DNA of 61,869 bases, the filler included, from Aduncisulcus paluster (Eukaryota): the NCBI GenBank assembly GCA_024181965.1. It is 6 parts of 6 records of this genome, joined end to end, with 100 filler letters (N's around TTAATTAATTAA, not from the genome) between each part and the next. Parts side by side here need not be neighbours in the genome. Positions count along the whole stretch, not along the records: positions 57,348 to 61,869 come from BQXS01011183.1; 5 more parts are not named here. One strand, 5' to 3'. Below, piece after piece: positions 59,733-61,869 of the stretch (the stretch's first letter is position 1; every line of letters begins with the position of its first letter). Under the pieces are notes generated by a model. It had not been told where the DNA came from and did no database searches. It worked only from the letters and a program-made list of their open reading frames with translations. Position numbers and translations under genes: made by a program.

Positions 59733-59905
59733 AGAACTTATTGGATACGACAATGTTTAGAAAATTCTAGTACGCTGAAATAAAGGTGAATACCACTTAT
59801 AAAAATTAATATTATTCATATACACCCTTTTGTGGTAGGATATTTTGACTCCGCTCTTTTGACTTGTGAGATTATCAGACAAAAATTATGAAATAATGTA
59901 TTGAA

Positions 59906-60518
59906 TCATCTCAGCCTTAATTCCTTCATATCATCGTGAAATAGAGGAGCATCAACAGTATCACGCAATCCAGTGGATAGGCGTTTCCCAAAATAATATT
60001 CTTCTCTCTCATCAAATTTCTCGACAATTTGCTTCTTTGACTTTTGATCTTGTTTACGTTTTTTATATGCTAAAAATTTCTCTGAACGGCGGGTTTGTTG
60101 TTTCTTACTCTGAGCAAAAGTCCGAGATTGATCTTTTTGGAGGCGATGCTCAAACTTGCGAAATGATTCTCCTTGCTTTCTTTGCGTCGATTTTGAGTCA
60201 ACTTTATCGTGGTGTTTCATAATACGATCATAATGATATGCTTGCTTTTCTTGTAAGGTGAGCTTCCGAAGGATCACTTTTCTAAAATGGTAAATATGAA
60301 AAAGAAAGGATAAACTATGTCAAAAGTCAAAATAAAATAGCATTTTATGACAATACATACTCACCTTCATCACTTTCAATGAGTTTTTGTTTGATTTTTT
60401 TGAGCTTCTTCGATGGAGCCTTATTTGTTCCTTGTCCTTTGCCAACATAAGGCTTATATTTTTTGATAGAAGTTTTTTTGGCTCTTACAACCTTTTGTTT
60501 TCCGTTCCATTTTCCCAT
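59906..60518 (-). CDS. Lys-rich hypothetical (possibly nucleolar) protein; intron 60282-60360
   Basis: Exon MGKWNGKQK...DEG joins E-K-V-I-L-R in frame through a GTATGT..TTTTAG intron. Confidence 0.75.
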
Positions 60519-60916
60519 GAGTTCAAGTGGAAAGTTTTGATGCCATTTGGGCTCTAGGGAGGTGAGGAAGAGTAAATTGTTAAAGTTATACGTCAATTGA
60601 TGTATATAATGGAATTAAATCTTTTTACTTGCCATTTTCATTCTTCAGAAAACAGTGAAAATATTTTGCCGTTATTCGCCACACACCGCAAGAAATTCAA
60701 ATGGAAATAACAAATCCCTTTATGCAAAAGGTTTTTATGACCATTAAAAACATCTTTTTCCCCCATACATCGAGTTATTTCTCCAATATCCCACGAGGGG
60801 AATTTTTCAACTTCTCTAATCCTGCTGTAATTAGAATGTTAATTTACATCATAATTTTCTTAGCATTGCGCATTTTTGCCTATAAGTGGACTACTAAACT
60901 ATCAAGATCTTTCTTT

Positions 60917-61869
60917 ATGAGTGAGAAAAAGGTCAAATCTGATTCTAAGGAAAGTGTCTTATTATGCAAAGTATTTTTGCGCTCAGTTGAGAGTTTAATT
61001 CATATATTGGGAAATGCTGCTCTATTTTTCGTGGGAATATATCAGTATGCAAAAATGAATCTTTCATATCCTCACTATGATGCTTTTACTCAAATTGACT
61101 CTTTAACTCCTGAAACTCGTGATAAAATTCTGCCAGCAATGAATTCTTTCTTTGTTTGGATTATTTGTATCCTTCCAATTTTTATTTGTTGCTTTGCACC
61201 CTCCATGCTCCACAAGTCACCGATATTAACAATTCAGCGTTATATTTGTCTTTTACTCCTCTGTTTTGTGTCATTTTCTTCTTCATTTTCGCCTCTTTCC
61301 TTTGTTATCTTCATAATTGAATTCTTTTCTGCTATTATGGAAGACTGCACTGTACTATGTGTATTTTTAGATGCTCCACGCATATTGGTCCAATCTTTCT
61401 CAATATTTTGTCTCGTTATCGCTGCTTGTTCCCGTATTTTGCAGTTAGTAATGTCCAGTCGTTTCATCTTCACTCTCCTTTCAGACCCCACTGAATTTAC
61501 CCATGTTGACAGTCTAACTGGAATAGTTCTATATATTTGCATTGGTACTGTCGGTGTATTAAGTATCTTTGGTGTTCTCTGGTTCCTTGAATGTCTTCGG
61601 ATGGTTATTAAATGGGATAGTGGAATGCGTAATGACTCCTCTGGTTCTGTGGAAGAAGCAAAGGAAGAAGAAGCAAAGGAAGAAGAAGCAAAGGAAGAAG
61701 AAAAAGAGGAAGAAGAAAAAGAGGAAGAAGAAAAAGAAGAAGAAGAAAAAGAGGAAGAAGAAAAAGAGGAGGAAGGAGATGAACTCCATCACGATATTCA
61801 TGGGGAGGAAGAAGAAGGAGAAGAGGAAGAGGAGGAATCTGCCCCACTCGATGTAGAGCCTGTTCATTC
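60917..61869 (+). CDS. Multi-pass membrane protein with Glu-rich tail, runs off the window
   Basis: Open frame from ATG 60917 (MSEKKVKS...) with several hydrophobic segments, then EEEAK/EEEK 15-bp repeats; absent from the track because there is no stop. Confidence 0.75.
   Translation, partial: MSEKKVKSDSKESVLLCKVFLRSVESLIHILGNAALFFVGIYQYAKMNLSYPHYDAFTQIDSLTPETRDKILPAMNSFFVWIICILPIFICCFAPSMLHKSPILTIQRYICLLLLCFVSFSSSFSPLSFVIFIIEFFSAIMEDCTVLCVFLDAPRILVQSFSIFCLVIAACSRILQLVMSSRFIFTLLSDPTEFTHVDSLTGIVLYICIGTVGVLSIFGVLWFLECLRMVIKWDSGMRNDSSGSVEEAKEEEAKEEEAKEEEKEEEEKEEEEKEEEEKEEEEKEEEGDELHHDIHGEEEEGEEEEEESAPLDVEPVH

Noticed and set aside
22216-61780. Short tandem repeats as CRISPR-like arrays
   Set aside because: They are in-frame coding repeats without unique spacers, and there are no cas genes

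Overview
This is a gene-dense, AT-rich eukaryotic (protist) genome window, not a prokaryotic one. It is six unrelated scaffolds joined by artificial N44-TTAATTAATTAA-N44 linkers, and five 20-N gaps are flanked by duplicated overlaps that split real genes. Short GTATGT...AG introns, expanded LRR/EGF surface proteins and divergent kinases suggest a free-living fornicate (Carpediemonas-like, e.g. Aduncisulcus); this assignment is inference. Recognisable genes are a Cdc15-like kinase, ABITRAM, NOP15, RPN1, RPT4, thymidylate kinase, a penta-EF-hand protein, a SWI3-like fragment, an MFS transporter, a Rab6-like GTPase, an intron-split ATG8 missed by the ORF track, a divergent homeobox gene, a giant LRR-EGF membrane protein, and tRNA-Ala(CGC) and tRNA-Pro(CGG). 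The most striking unexplained signal is chains of overlapping or back-to-back short palindromes at several non-coding loci, which may be scars of iterative fold-back/template-switch synthesis or a hairpin element family. Also notable are a U14-like C/D snoRNA candidate, a start codon apparently split by an intron, and an uncharacterised domain shared by two proteins.
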